A stretch of 64,000 nucleotides of DNA, from the NCBI GenBank assembly GCA_964291395.2, contig OZ219858.1:768001-832000 (forward strand), written 5' to 3'. Position numbers and translations under genes: made by a program. Under the pieces are notes generated by a model. The model did not search any database, was not told where the DNA came from, and was given only the letters and a program-made list of their open reading frames with translations. Below, piece by piece: positions 12,587 through 23,136 of the stretch; position 1 is the stretch's first letter; each line of letters begins with the position of its first letter. The stretch is from Alphaproteobacteria bacterium (lineage in GTDB: Bacteria; Pseudomonadota; Alphaproteobacteria; UBA2966).

Positions 12587-13897
12587 TCATCCGGTCAGCA
12601 GCGACTTCCGGCTGGCCAAAAACTCGTCGACGGCGGCGACGATGCCCTCGATCTCCGTCTCGGTCATCGGCAGCGACAAGGTGATCATGCCGGTGCGCGC
12701 GAGAAAATGGTCCTGATCCATCATGTCGAAATGGAAAAGGTCGCGCTTTCGCAGGTCCGTTTTGAGGATGTCTTCCGGGGCCCGGATGGGTTCTGCCGTG
12801 AAATGGATGTTGAGCATCGAGCCCACTCCGGTGAACTGCACCGGCAGGCCATGCTTGCCGGCGAGCGCATTGAGCCGCCTCCGCAGATCGTCTCCCCGGG
12901 CGTTGAGGTCGCGCGCGGCGTCCTCGGTGTAGATCTTCTCGAGGGCCGCCAGGCCAGCGGTCATCGTGAGCACGTTGTTGTTGAAGGTGCCGGCCTGCGG
13001 CAACGGCTTCTCGCCCGTCTGGTCGTAGTGTCTCATCAAGTCGGCGCGGCCGCCGAAGGCGCCGAACGTCAGGCCACCGCCGAGGTATTTGCTGACCGTC
13101 GTCAGGTCCGGCGTGATTCCGACCTCGCCTTGATAGCCGTTCGGCCCGAGGCGGGAAGTCATCACCTCGTCGAAAACGAAGACGATCCCCTTCTCCCGGG
13201 TCGCGTCGCGCAGGCCCCGCAGGAATTCCCGTTCCGCCGGGATGCACCCGCCGGCGCCCACCATCGGTTCGACGATCACGGCCGCCAGATCGTTCTCGTG
13301 CTTGTCGATCAGGGCGAGGGTGCCGTCGAGGTCGTTGTAGGGCGCCAGCACCCACGGGACGGGGTAGTTCACCGGCGCGGGGCCGTGCTCGAAGTTGAGC
13401 ACCCCGCCGTGGTAGCAGCCCTCGAACGCCATCACGTGCGTCTTGCCCGTAACGGCGCGGGCGAGGCTCAGGGCCCAGATGTTGGCCTCGGTGCCGGAAT
13501 TGGCGAAGCGGATCTGCTCGAAGGTCGGGAAGCGCCGGCACAAGGCCTCGGCGAAGGGAGCTTCGTGCTTGTGGGGTCCGTTGAGGGCGATGCCGTTGTC
13601 CAGGGTCTCGACGATCGTGCGGCGGGTGATCGGGTGGTTGTGCCCGAAAATGCCCGCCGTGTAGTCGCCCATGAAATCGGCATAGCGATGATCGTCCATG
13701 TCCCAGATGTAGGCGCCCTCGCCGCGCGAGAAGGCGAGGGGAAAGGGCCGGAAGTAGAGCGAACTGCGGCCGACGCCGCCGGCGATCGGCTTGGAGGCAG
13801 CCTCGTGATAGGCGCGGCTGTTGGGATTGGCGGCGGCGTATTTGTCCGCCGCCTCCTTGAGCGCGGCGTCGAGGTCGACATTGGGTTGCATGGCCAT
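12587..13897 (-). CDS. Class III PLP aminotransferase (glutamate-1-semialdehyde aminomutase-like)
   Basis: NSGTEA, FEGCYHG, FDEVMTSR, SKYLGGG, AGTFNNN. Confidence 0.85.
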   Translation of the reverse strand: MAMQPNVDLDAALKEAADKYAAANPNSRAYHEAASKPIAGGVGRSSLYFRPFPLAFSRGEGAYIWDMDDHRYADFMGDYTAGIFGHNHPITRRTIVETLDNGIALNGPHKHEAPFAEALCRRFPTFEQIRFANSGTEANIWALSLARAVTGKTHVMAFEGCYHGGVLNFEHGPAPVNYPVPWVLAPYNDLDGTLALIDKHENDLAAVIVEPMVGAGGCIPAEREFLRGLRDATREKGIVFVFDEVMTSRLGPNGYQGEVGITPDLTTVSKYLGGGLTFGAFGGRADLMRHYDQTGEKPLPQAGTFNNNVLTMTAGLAALEKIYTEDAARDLNARGDDLRRRLNALAGKHGLPVQFTGVGSMLNIHFTAEPIRAPEDILKTDLRKRDLFHFDMMDQDHFLARTGMITLSLPMTETEIEGIVAAVDEFLASRKSLLTG

Positions 13898-13951
13898 CGG
13901 ATACCCTCCCGTATCTGGCTGACGATAGGCTGCGCGCCGCTCCCAGGCGAG

Positions 13952-15180
13952 TCAATCGCCGCTGGCGGCCAAGTGCGGGTCGCGGCGGGGCAGCAGGAAG
14001 ACCAGGACGTTGGCGACCAGCATCGTGCCTGCCAGGAAGTAGAATACCGAGGCGAGGCCCCAAGTGTCGGCGATGAGTCCGCCGACGGCGGGCGTCAGAG
14101 TCGAGAGACCGGCCTGGGTGCCGAACAACAGACTCGTCGCCGAGCCGCCGAGCCGAGGCGGAGTCAGGTCCATCAGCCAGCTGTGGATCACCGGCCGTGT
14201 GGCAAACATGGCGAAGCCCAGCAGCGAGACGCCGGCGACGAAGATGGTCTCGTCGTCGATGAACGTGAGGATCACGATAAGCGCCGTGGAGGCGCTCAAC
14301 GCGACGACGACGACGGGTCGGCGACCAACTCGGTCGGAAGCGGTCCCGGCGATGGGGGCGGCGATCAGGCCGCCGATCTGCAGTGCCGACAGGGCGAGCC
14401 CGAGGGTCAGCGGGCTCACCTTGACCACGTCGGCGAGATAGAGCGGCAGGAACACGAACAGACCGTTCTGGGTCATGTTACGGAAGGCGGCCATGACGCA
14501 GAGGCCGAGCACCGCCCTGTCGCGGATCACGCCTTTAACTCCGGTAACGTACTCGCCGATCGACATGCCGCGGTCGTGCAGTGCGCCCCGGTGCTCCTCT
14601 CCCGCAGCAGGACCACGGCGACGACCAGGGAAGCGGCGAAGATCGGTATCGCATTGACCATCGCCGCGCCCTGCCAGGTGAACCAGACCAGGGCCGCGCC
14701 CGCCACGAGGGGCGCCATACTGTCGCCGATATTGGCGCCGAGGGCGTGGATGGAGAGCGTGTAGCCCCGATTGTTGGGGAAGCGGCCGGACAGGTAGGAG
14801 ATCGCGGCCGGATGCCACAGGTTTGCGCCGGCGCCGATGAAGACGATCATCACGCCGATTATCAGGAACTCGCCGGTCATGCCGAGAGCCAGTAGCCCCA
14901 CGGCACCCATCAGAAGGGCGGCGATCTGGAACACGACCTGCCGCCCGACCACGTCGATGAGGGCACCGCTGCCGATCGAGGCAGTGAACCCGCTGGCGTG
15001 ATAGATGGCCACGAGCAAGCCGGCCTCGGCATAGCTCAGCCCCAGTTGCCGCGCGATGAACGGCAGCAGGACGTAGAAGGTGCCGAAGGCCCAGTGCGTG
15101 CCGCCATGACCCAGCGCCAGGGTCATGACCGGAGGCTGGTCCCGCCAGGACATCCCGGTAAGTCGTTCGGATAGGGACAA
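13952..15180 (-). pseudogene. MFS transporter split by a frameshift near 14590
   Basis: N-half in ORF 14527-15180 (IDVVGRQ motif), C-half in ORF ending 13952 (SDRVGRR); one extra base, e.g. in the C4 run 14586-14589, restores one ORF. Confidence 0.75.
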
Positions 15181-15370
15181 AATTCTCGATCACCGCTGGC
15201 GTGGGCCGGTCAGGCACTATACGTGGCAATCCGCCTGGCGCAATGCGCCGGAAGAGCTCGAAAGGACATGAAACCCTTTGATGTCCGGGCGCTTGCGATC
15301 TGGCCCTCAAAGCGATCGAAGCGGCCGGGTTCTCGAACGGGCGCGCGTAGAGGTGGACCGCACCGGACGG

Positions 15371-16750
15371 TTAAATCCCTTCCTCGACTCGCCGCTCGAT
15401 GGCTGGATAGGGCACGGCGAGCGTGATCCCGCGCAAGGCCATGAAAAACATCAGCGCGGCCCACAGTCCGTGGTTGCCGTACGCCGGTACCAGGAGTGCC
15501 AGCGCCCCGACGTATCCGAGGAACGAGAGCACCATCGTGTTCCGCATCAGGCGAGTTTCGGTCGCGCCGATGTAGACGCCGTCGAGTTGGAAGCTCCAGA
15601 CCGAGATCAGCGGGGAAGCGATCAGCCAGGGCAGGTATACGTACGACTCATGCCGCACGTCCTGCAGGCCGGTGAGCACGTCGACAATGAGGCGTCCCGC
15701 CGAGGCGTACACCACGATGAACACCAACGCGGTTCCAGCCGCCCAGAGCGTCGACACGACGACGGAACGGCGGAAGGCGGTACGGTCGCGCGCACCGGCC
15801 GCGCCCCCCACGAGCGCGCTCGCCGCGTGGGCGAAGCCGTCCAGGGCATAGGAGAGGAACATCTGGAAATTGAGCAGCAGCGCGTTGGCGGCGAGGATCG
15901 CATCGCCCATCTCGGCTGCTTGCGCGGTGAACACCGCGAACGCGGAGATCAGGAACAGCGTGCGGATGAAGATGTCGCCGTTGATCGCGGCAAGACGGCG
16001 GAACCGCGTGACGTCCCATAGCACCGTCGCGTTTCGCTGCGCCCGCTCCGCGCGAAGAACTCGCACGCATAGTAACAGGCCAAGGACGATGGCGGTGTAT
16101 TCGGAAAGCGCGCTGGCGAGTGCGACGCCCTTGACGTCCCAGCCGAAGCCGATCACGAACACGAGATCCAGGACCACGTTCAGGCCGTTCATGAACACCT
16201 GTATCGTGAGGGCCGAGCCGGCCCGCTGCAGGCCGATGAGCCAGCCCAGTACCACGTAGTTTGCGAGCGCGGCCGGCGCCGCCCAGATACGGATGCGGAA
16301 ATACTCGCCCGCCAGGGCTTCCACCGGTACGCTGGCGTCGACCAGCCACAGGGCCATCTCGACGACCGGAACCTGCAGCGCGATGACGAGCGCCGACAAC
16401 ACGGCGGCGATGACGAATCCCCGGTGCAGGGTGGCCCAGATTTCCTGACCGTCGCGTACGCCGAGCGCCTGGGCGGCCAGTCCGGTCGTGCCCATGCGCA
16501 GGAAGCCGAACCCCCAATACACGTAGTTGAAGATGAGCGTTCCGATGGCCACGCCGCCCAGATAGATGGGGCTGTCGAGATGACCGACGACGGCCGTATC
16601 GACCGCACCCAGCAACGGCACGGAGACGTTGGACAGGATGATGGGTCCGGCGATCCGCCAAACCCGCCGGTGTTCGCCGTCCGCTGGCGGCGACGTCGGG
16701 GCCGCCCCCACCCCTACTTCCCCCGGGGAGCAAGTTCTTCGCTCCCGCAC
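15371..16750 (-). CDS. dinF: MATE family efflux transporter (DinF-like); start uncertain
   Basis: PIILSNVSVPLLGAVDTAVVGH, FLRMGTTG, LDGFAHA. Confidence 0.88.
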   Translation of the reverse strand: MRERRTCSPGEVGVGAAPTSPPADGEHRRVWRIAGPIILSNVSVPLLGAVDTAVVGHLDSPIYLGGVAIGTLIFNYVYWGFGFLRMGTTGLAAQALGVRDGQEIWATLHRGFVIAAVLSALVIALQVPVVEMALWLVDASVPVEALAGEYFRIRIWAAPAALANYVVLGWLIGLQRAGSALTIQVFMNGLNVVLDLVFVIGFGWDVKGVALASALSEYTAIVLGLLLCVRVLRAERAQRNATVLWDVTRFRRLAAINGDIFIRTLFLISAFAVFTAQAAEMGDAILAANALLLNFQMFLSYALDGFAHAASALVGGAAGARDRTAFRRSVVVSTLWAAGTALVFIVVYASAGRLIVDVLTGLQDVRHESYVYLPWLIASPLISVWSFQLDGVYIGATETRLMRNTMVLSFLGYVGALALLVPAYGNHGLWAALMFFMALRGITLAVPYPAIERRVEEGI

Positions 16751-16852
16751 GAGAATTTCCGAGCGAATCTGCCGCTCTCCCGGGGGAGGAGACCGGAACG
16801 TCGTCTTCTGAACCTCCCTCCCCGAGATCGGCGAGGGGTAAGGGGAGGGGCG
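16703..16852. repeat. Degenerate palindromic C/G-rich repeat element (REP/MITE-like)
   Basis: CGCCCCCACCCCTACTTCCCCC (16703-16724) is an imperfect inverted repeat of GCGAGGGGTAAGGGGAGGGGCG (16831-16852); internal CTCTCCCGGGGGGAG palindrome-like motif. Confidence 0.5.
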
Positions 16853-16879
16853 AAATCCAAACGCCCGACCGGCACCACC

Positions 16880-18001
16880 CTAATTCTTCGCCGCCGGCAG
16901 CTTGCCGGGCACGGGCAATCCCAACAGATCGGGATGGCAGCGCGCGTATTGGTGGGGATAGGCCGCCTCCTGGCCGAGCGCCACGGCCGCCTCCCACGTC
17001 CAGTGCGGCTTGTAGAGCATGCCGCGCGCCAGCGCGACCATGTCGGCCTGGCCGGAGCGGATGATGCTGTCCGCTTGGTGGGGATCGGTGATCAGGCCCA
17101 CCGCCATCACCGCCATGTCCGTCAGGTTGCGTTTGATCTCCGCGGCGAAGCCGACCTGATAGCCCGGCCCGGCGACGACGGCGGCATCGGGCGTCGCGCC
17201 GCCGCTCGATGCCACGATGAAGTCGCAGCCCCGCTTCTCCAGCTCCCTGGCCAGGACGACGGAATCGCCGATCTCCCAGCCGCCGTCGACCCAGTCGCTT
17301 GAAGTGATGCGGACTCCGAGCGGTTTCTCCTTCGGCCACGCGGCACGGACCTTCCCAAAGGTCTCCAAGAGGAACCGCATGCGGTTCTCCAGGCTGCCGC
17401 CGTACTCGTCTTCGCGCTTGTTGGAAAGCGGTGAGAGGAATGACTGCATCAGATAGCCGTGCGCCGCGTGGATTTCGATGCAGTCGAGATCGAGCCGCTC
17501 GGCCCGCCTGGCCGCCGCGACGAACGCTCCCTGGGCGTGCTCGATTCCCGCCTTGTCCAATGCCTCGGGCATGACCGAACGGTTGGAAAACGGAATCGCC
17601 GACGGCGCCACGGGTTCCCAGCCGCCGTCCTCTGGCATGACCGGACCTTGTCCCCGCCATGGCGGTTCGGTCGATGCCTTGCGCCCGGCGTGGGCGAGCT
17701 GGACGCCGATGGGGGAATTGCCGTACTCCCGGACGAACGCCGCGACGCGCTTCAGGGCGTTCTCGTTCTCATCGGAATAGAGACCCAGGCAGTTCGGCGA
17801 GATGCGTCCCTCGGGAACCACGCCCGTCGCCTCCGTCAACAGCAACCCGACGCCCGTGACCGAGAACTGGCCGAGATGCATGAGATGCCAGTCGCTTGCG
17901 GTGCCGTCCACGGCGCTGTACTGGCACATCGGCGCGACGACGATGCGGTTGGCCAGTTCGAGGTTGCGGAGCTTGATGGGTTTGAATAGCTGGCTATCCA
18001 T
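16880..18001 (-). CDS. NADH:flavin oxidoreductase (old yellow enzyme, YqjM/NamA-like)
   Basis: NRIVVAPMCQYSA, QLAHAGRK, HAAHGYL, YGGSLENRMRF. Confidence 0.92.
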   Translation of the reverse strand: MDSQLFKPIKLRNLELANRIVVAPMCQYSAVDGTASDWHLMHLGQFSVTGVGLLLTEATGVVPEGRISPNCLGLYSDENENALKRVAAFVREYGNSPIGVQLAHAGRKASTEPPWRGQGPVMPEDGGWEPVAPSAIPFSNRSVMPEALDKAGIEHAQGAFVAAARRAERLDLDCIEIHAAHGYLMQSFLSPLSNKREDEYGGSLENRMRFLLETFGKVRAAWPKEKPLGVRITSSDWVDGGWEIGDSVVLARELEKRGCDFIVASSGGATPDAAVVAGPGYQVGFAAEIKRNLTDMAVMAVGLITDPHQADSIIRSGQADMVALARGMLYKPHWTWEAAVALGQEAAYPHQYARCHPDLLGLPVPGKLPAAKN

Positions 18002-18150
18002 GAAGCGGTCCCGACGGTTCGTGGTTTGCGACGGCAGCCGACTTACACCGTGGGCAATCGCACCGTCAAATGGAGTTGGCTGCAGCGCCGCGCACGTTTC
18101 TGATACGATGCCGGCCCGACATCATACTCACACCGACGGGGAGAAAGTCC

Positions 18151-20277
18151 GTGGCGGTCCAGGAAACCTCCGAACCCAGAGAGATTTACGCGACGTGCCC
18201 CCACGATTGCCCCGACTCGTGCGCCATGGTGGCGACGGTCGAGGACGGCCGGGTGGTTGGCGTCCGGGGCCGGCGCGACCACCCGTTCACGCGCGGCACG
18301 CTGTGCGTGAAGGTCAAGAACTATCAGGACCGGGTCCACAGCCCCGATCGCGTGCTCTATCCGCAACGGCGAGTCGGCGCCAAGGGCGAGGGCCGGTTCG
18401 AGCGCATCAGCTGGGACGAGGCGCTCGCCGCCATACACGACCGCTTCCGCGCCGCCATCGAGGAATTCGGAGCCGAAGCGATCCTGCCCTGCAGCTACAT
18501 CGGACAGCAGGGGTTCGTACACGGTTTGAATTCGGGAGACGCCTTCTTCAACAGACTCGGCGCGACGATCATGGAGCGCACGCTCTGCGCCTCCGCCGCA
18601 AACTCCGCTTCCGTCATGACGACCGGCGTGTCAGGCGGCGTCGATCCGTTGAGCTTCGTCCATTCGCGTTACATCGTCATTTGGGGCTGCAACACGATCT
18701 CCACGCACATGCACCAGTGGCCGATGATCGCCGAAGCCCGTCGCGGCGGCGCCAAGGTGGTGGTCGTCGATCCCATCCGCTCGCGCACCGCGGCCGAGGC
18801 GGATTGGCACGTGCGAATCCGTCCCGGGACCGACGCCGCCCTGGCTCTCGGCATGATGAACGTGATCATCGCCGAGAACCTGATCGATGCCGACTACGTC
18901 GCCAACTACACAACGGGCTTCGATGAGCTCAAGGAGCGCGCGGCCCGGTATCCGCCCGCCCGTGTCGCCGCGATCACGGGGCTTCCCGCCGACGACGTGC
19001 TTCTGCTCGCACGCGAGTACGCGACGACCCGGCCGTCAGTCATTCGAGTCGGCGTGGCCGTGGAGCGCCATCGGAGCGGCGGTCAGGCCGTTCGCGCGCT
19101 CGCCTCCCTGCCCGCCCTGATCGGCGCCTGGCGCCACGTCGGCGGCGGCGTCCTGCAGAGTGCGGCAAGGTCCCTGCCCTCGCGGGGTGACCGGATTTCC
19201 CGCCCCGACTTCATCCGCCCGGGAACCCGCGTCATCAACCAGATCGAGATGGGCCGGGCGCTGACCGGCGACCTCGATCCGCCGATCAAGGCCCTGTTCG
19301 TCTACAACTGCAATCCCATGGTCACGGTGCCGGACCAGCAGGCGGTCGCCCGGGGGCTCGAACGCGACGACCTGTTCGTCGTGGTCAGCGAGCAGTTTCA
19401 AACCGATACGGCGGACTACGCGGATATCCTCCTGCCGGCCTCGACACAGCTCGAGCAGTTCGAGCTCGTCTATTCATGGGGGCAGTTCTTCCTCGGCATC
19501 AGCGAGCCCGCGATCGCGCCGCTCGGCGAGTCCGTGCCCAACGCCGAGCTGTTCCGGCGCCTTGCCGCGACCTTCGGTTTCAACGAGCCGTATTTCCGCC
19601 GCTCCGATGAAGAAATCGCCCACGACGCCATCGACTGGGACCATCCGGTGCTGGAGGGCATCGACATGGAGCTCCTGCGGCGGAAAGGCTATGCGCGTCT
19701 CAATGTAGGCGATCCCGACACCCGATTGCCGCACGCGGAGGGCAACTTCCCGACCCCGTCCGGGAAGTGCGAGTTCCTGTCGTCACGCGCGCTGAAGGGA
19801 AACTTGGTGCTGCCCCGGTTGCGTCAGGGTTACGAGGAGGACCAGCCGGCGGGCGCCGTCGACCCCCTCCCGGACTACGTTCCGGCGGAAGCCGCCGACC
19901 CCCGCCATCCGCTCGTGCTCATTTCGCCGAAGAGCCACGCGTTCCTCAATTCCAGCTATGGAAATCTCGACGTTCAGAAAAAGGCTGCCGGCGATCCGTT
20001 GGTTCTCGTTCACCCCGCCGATGCCAGGGCGCGGGGCATCGAGGACGGCGACCGGGTCGGCGTCTTCAACGACCTCGCCACGATCGAGGTGAGCGCGCGG
20101 GTATCGGATGAGACGGCAGAGGGCGTCGTGGTCGTGCCGATGGGACATTGGCGCAAGTCGGACGGTGTCGGAGTCGGCGTCAACGCCCTCAATCCCGCCG
20201 CTCTCACCGATATCGGACAGGGGCCCGCGCTCACCGACACGCGCGTCGAGGTCGCGGCTCTCGGGGCGGTCGTCTGA
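18151..20277 (+). CDS. Molybdopterin-dependent oxidoreductase (YoaE-like)
   Basis: CPHDCPDSC Fe-S motif, ISWDEAL, RPGTDAAL, TADYADILLPA, LNSSY; GTG start at 18151. Confidence 0.88.
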   Translation: MAVQETSEPREIYATCPHDCPDSCAMVATVEDGRVVGVRGRRDHPFTRGTLCVKVKNYQDRVHSPDRVLYPQRRVGAKGEGRFERISWDEALAAIHDRFRAAIEEFGAEAILPCSYIGQQGFVHGLNSGDAFFNRLGATIMERTLCASAANSASVMTTGVSGGVDPLSFVHSRYIVIWGCNTISTHMHQWPMIAEARRGGAKVVVVDPIRSRTAAEADWHVRIRPGTDAALALGMMNVIIAENLIDADYVANYTTGFDELKERAARYPPARVAAITGLPADDVLLLAREYATTRPSVIRVGVAVERHRSGGQAVRALASLPALIGAWRHVGGGVLQSAARSLPSRGDRISRPDFIRPGTRVINQIEMGRALTGDLDPPIKALFVYNCNPMVTVPDQQAVARGLERDDLFVVVSEQFQTDTADYADILLPASTQLEQFELVYSWGQFFLGISEPAIAPLGESVPNAELFRRLAATFGFNEPYFRRSDEEIAHDAIDWDHPVLEGIDMELLRRKGYARLNVGDPDTRLPHAEGNFPTPSGKCEFLSSRALKGNLVLPRLRQGYEEDQPAGAVDPLPDYVPAEAADPRHPLVLISPKSHAFLNSSYGNLDVQKKAAGDPLVLVHPADARARGIEDGDRVGVFNDLATIEVSARVSDETAEGVVVVPMGHWRKSDGVGVGVNALNPAALTDIGQGPALTDTRVEVAALGAVV

Positions 20278-20281
20278 CCTC

Positions 20282-21262
20282 TCAGGCGCCGACCGTGAGC
20301 ACCATCTTCCCGGTCGACCTCCGGTCCATCATCAAGGCAAGCGCGTCGCCCGCCCGCTCCAGCGGCATGGTGTGGCTGATGTGGGGCTTGAGCCGGCCCG
20401 CCTCCCACATGTGGACGAGCTCGGTCATGGACTCGCCGATGGCCGAGGGCCGGTGCATGGAGTACGAACCCCAATAAAAACCCATGACCGCGATGTTCTT
20501 GACCAGCAGGATGTTGGTCCGCGCCCGGTTGAAATCGCCGCTGGCGAAGCCGATCACGATGATGCGGCCTTCCCAGTTGACGGACCGCATCGCCGCCTCG
20601 AAGGACTCGCCGCCGACGGGGTCGTAGATCACGTCGGCCCCCTTGCCGCCCGTGATCTCCTTGACCCGCTCGCGGATGTCCTCGTCGCTGTAGTTGACGA
20701 CGTGATCCGCGCCCCGCGCCGCACAGAGGTCAAGCTTCTCCCGTGTCCCGGCGCAGGCGATGACTTGGGCACCCATGATTTTGCCGATCTCCACGGCGGT
20801 GAGGCCGACGCCGCCGGCGGCCCCGAACACCATGAGGGTCTCGCCCGCCTTGAGGCCGGCCCGGTAGCCGAGCGCCATGTGCGACGTCGAATAGGCGACC
20901 GCGAACGATGCCGCCGTTTCGAAATCCATCGCCTCCGGGATCGGGACGACGGCTGCAGCCTTGACCGCAACCCGCTCGGCGAATGCGCCGATGTTCGGTA
21001 TGCCGACGACGCGGTCCCCGATCGAGACGGTGTCGACGCCTGCTCCCAGCTCGGCCACGGTCCCGGCGACCTCGAGACCGGGGATGAACGGGAAGTCGGG
21101 CCTGAGCTGGTAGGTCCCCTGGATGATCAAGGTATCGGCGAAGTTCACCCCGGCCGCCTTGACGTCGATCACCACTTCACCGGCCGCCGGCGAGGGCGGG
21201 TCGGTATCGCCCACGCTCAGTTTCCCCGGTCCACCCCATTCGGTACAGAGAACCGCCTTCAT
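20282..21262 (-). CDS. NADPH:quinone oxidoreductase (MDR family)
   Basis: AAGVNFAD, PGLEVAG, GAAGGVG, DPVGG. Confidence 0.9.
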   Translation of the reverse strand: MKAVLCTEWGGPGKLSVGDTDPPSPAAGEVVIDVKAAGVNFADTLIIQGTYQLRPDFPFIPGLEVAGTVAELGAGVDTVSIGDRVVGIPNIGAFAERVAVKAAAVVPIPEAMDFETAASFAVAYSTSHMALGYRAGLKAGETLMVFGAAGGVGLTAVEIGKIMGAQVIACAGTREKLDLCAARGADHVVNYSDEDIRERVKEITGGKGADVIYDPVGGESFEAAMRSVNWEGRIIVIGFASGDFNRARTNILLVKNIAVMGFYWGSYSMHRPSAIGESMTELVHMWEAGRLKPHISHTMPLERAGDALALMMDRRSTGKMVLTVGA

Positions 21263-21299
21263 TCGCGTCCACCCGTCGCCTTGTCGATCGTCGTCAGCC

Positions 21300-21794
21300 T
21301 CACGCACCTCGCACGAAGGCCGCGAGCTCGTGCCAATACCCCGGCTCCCAGAACCCCCGTGCCGCTCCGGAGGTCGAAGGAAGCACGAAAACCGTACTGC
21401 TGCCAAGCCGCTCGGACTGCCGCCCGTAATCCACGTTCGCCGTATCGAAGAACGACTTGGCCGAACGCTTGCCGTTGAAAGCCAGCGCCGACGGTTCGAG
21501 CTCGAGCATGCGCCGCCGCAGCCGGTCCGGGTCGAAGACGCGCGCGGGCAGCGACGCGTCCGAACCGGACGCCGTCTTGACCACATCCGTCAAACCGATG
21601 CCGTAGTTGATCACTTCCGAGAACTCGCCGGGTTCGAGACGCCGCGGCGTCAGACCGGTCTCGAACAGGATCTCCCAGAACCGGTTTCCGGGGCCCGCGT
21701 AGTACGCCCCTGCCCGGGCGGAGGCGGTTCCCGCCGCGGTGCCGCAGAAGACGACGCCGAGCCCCGGCCGGAGGATGTCGGGAAGGACGCTCAC
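21300..21794 (-). CDS. mug: Mismatch-specific DNA glycosylase (MUG/TDG family)
   Basis: LPDILRPGL.VVFCG, YYAGPGNRFW, GLTDVVK, VLPSTSG. Confidence 0.82.
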   Translation of the reverse strand: MSVLPDILRPGLGVVFCGTAAGTASARAGAYYAGPGNRFWEILFETGLTPRRLEPGEFSEVINYGIGLTDVVKTASGSDASLPARVFDPDRLRRRMLELEPSALAFNGKRSAKSFFDTANVDYGRQSERLGSSTVFVLPSTSGAARGFWEPGYWHELAAFVRGA

Positions 21795-21950
21795 GTCGGG
21801 GGTCCGGGCGAGGCGCGGGCGGCGCCCGCGCCTCGGTGAGAGCGTTCGAGGCGTCCATCACGCGGGACTTCAACGGCGACGGGGTTGGTCATCGAACCGC
21901 CGATGTTTACTCTTGGCTCATTGTATCGACAAGTGGAATCGAGGCCGCTC

Positions 21951-22484
21951 ATGCGCGGATATTTTGGCGTGGGTGTGGAGCGGTTGAGCAAGCCCATGAA
22001 CGCCGGCAATCTGTTCCGTTCGGCGCATGCCTTCGGCGCGAGTTTCATCTTCACCGTGGCGTCCCGGCTCTCGCTCGCCGACACGCGGTCCGACACGTCC
22101 GAGGCCTGGAAGCAGCTCCCGTTCTATCGATTCGAGACGGCCGAGACGATGACGCTGCCCAGGGGCTGCGCGGTGGTCGGCATCGAGTTTCTGGACGACG
22201 CGGTCGAACTACCCAGCTTCAGGCACCCGGCGAGGGCCGCCTATGTCCTGGGCCCCGAGCGCGGTTCGCTTTCCGAAGAGCTGCTTGCGCGATGCGATCA
22301 TGTGATCCGCATTCCGACGCAATTCTGCATCAACGTGGGCACGGCCGGCGCCATCGTGATGTACGACCGCCTGCTGACCGCCGGCCGGTTCGCGGAGCGG
22401 CCGGTGACACCGAGCGGCGAACCGACCCCCCTGCCGGACCACGTGCAGGGAGTCCCCGTTATCCGCAGGCCGGAGGCCGGCTGA
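21951..22484 (+). CDS. SpoU/TrmH family RNA methyltransferase
   Basis: MRGYFGVGVE, N.GNLFRSAHAFGA, LGPERGSL, CINVGTAG. Confidence 0.88.
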   Translation: MRGYFGVGVERLSKPMNAGNLFRSAHAFGASFIFTVASRLSLADTRSDTSEAWKQLPFYRFETAETMTLPRGCAVVGIEFLDDAVELPSFRHPARAAYVLGPERGSLSEELLARCDHVIRIPTQFCINVGTAGAIVMYDRLLTAGRFAERPVTPSGEPTPLPDHVQGVPVIRRPEAG

Positions 22485-22550
22485 CTGTCATGATCCGCCG
22501 CCGCATCTCTTGAATGGACAGATATGCGGGCCATGAGTATTTAAGGGAAC

Positions 22551-23069
22551 ATGATTGGAAAGGTTGCGATGGGGGCGCTCGCCGCCCTGCTGGTGGTGGT
22601 GCCGGAGTGGGTTCTTGCCCAAACGCCCAGGGAAATCGGCACCTATCGGGCTTGGCGGGCCTATGTCTATGACGAGGCCAAGGGCAGCAAGGTCTGCTTC
22701 ATGGATTCCGAGCCCGTGGATACCGAACCGAAGAACGTCCGGCGGGGCCAGATCTACACGCTGGTGACCCATCGTCCCGGCGACAAGGTACGCGACGAGG
22801 TCAGCATATTCGTCGGCTACCCCTTCAAGGAAGGCAGCACCGTCAAGGTCACGATCGCCGGCAAGGAATTCACGCTGTTCACGGATGCGGATTCCGCCTG
22901 GAACTACGATGCGCGCGGCGACCGGAACATGGTCAAGGCCATGATCAAAGGCAACGTCATGATCGTGGAAGGCCGGTCCAAGCGGGGGACCCGGACACGG
23001 GACCGGTATTCCCTGGTGGGGTTTACCGCGGCCCACAGGGCGATTTCCAAGGCCTGCGGCGTCAGGTAG
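22551..23069 (+). CDS. Invasion-associated locus B (IalB) family secreted protein
   Basis: Signal peptide, KVCF, GYPFK, YSLVGFTAA...C; usual position upstream of rlmN. Confidence 0.75.
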   Translation: MIGKVAMGALAALLVVVPEWVLAQTPREIGTYRAWRAYVYDEAKGSKVCFMDSEPVDTEPKNVRRGQIYTLVTHRPGDKVRDEVSIFVGYPFKEGSTVKVTIAGKEFTLFTDADSAWNYDARGDRNMVKAMIKGNVMIVEGRSKRGTRTRDRYSLVGFTAAHRAISKACGVR

Positions 23070-23136
23070 CCGTCGAGCGAATTGACGGCCGGACCCGCGG
23101 AAGGCGGCAGCGGCAGAATCGGATCGAGGACACCAT

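Noticed and set aside
12587-13897. Calling this gene hemL
   Set aside because: N-terminal motifs diverge from HemL, and Alphaproteobacteria generally use ALA synthase.
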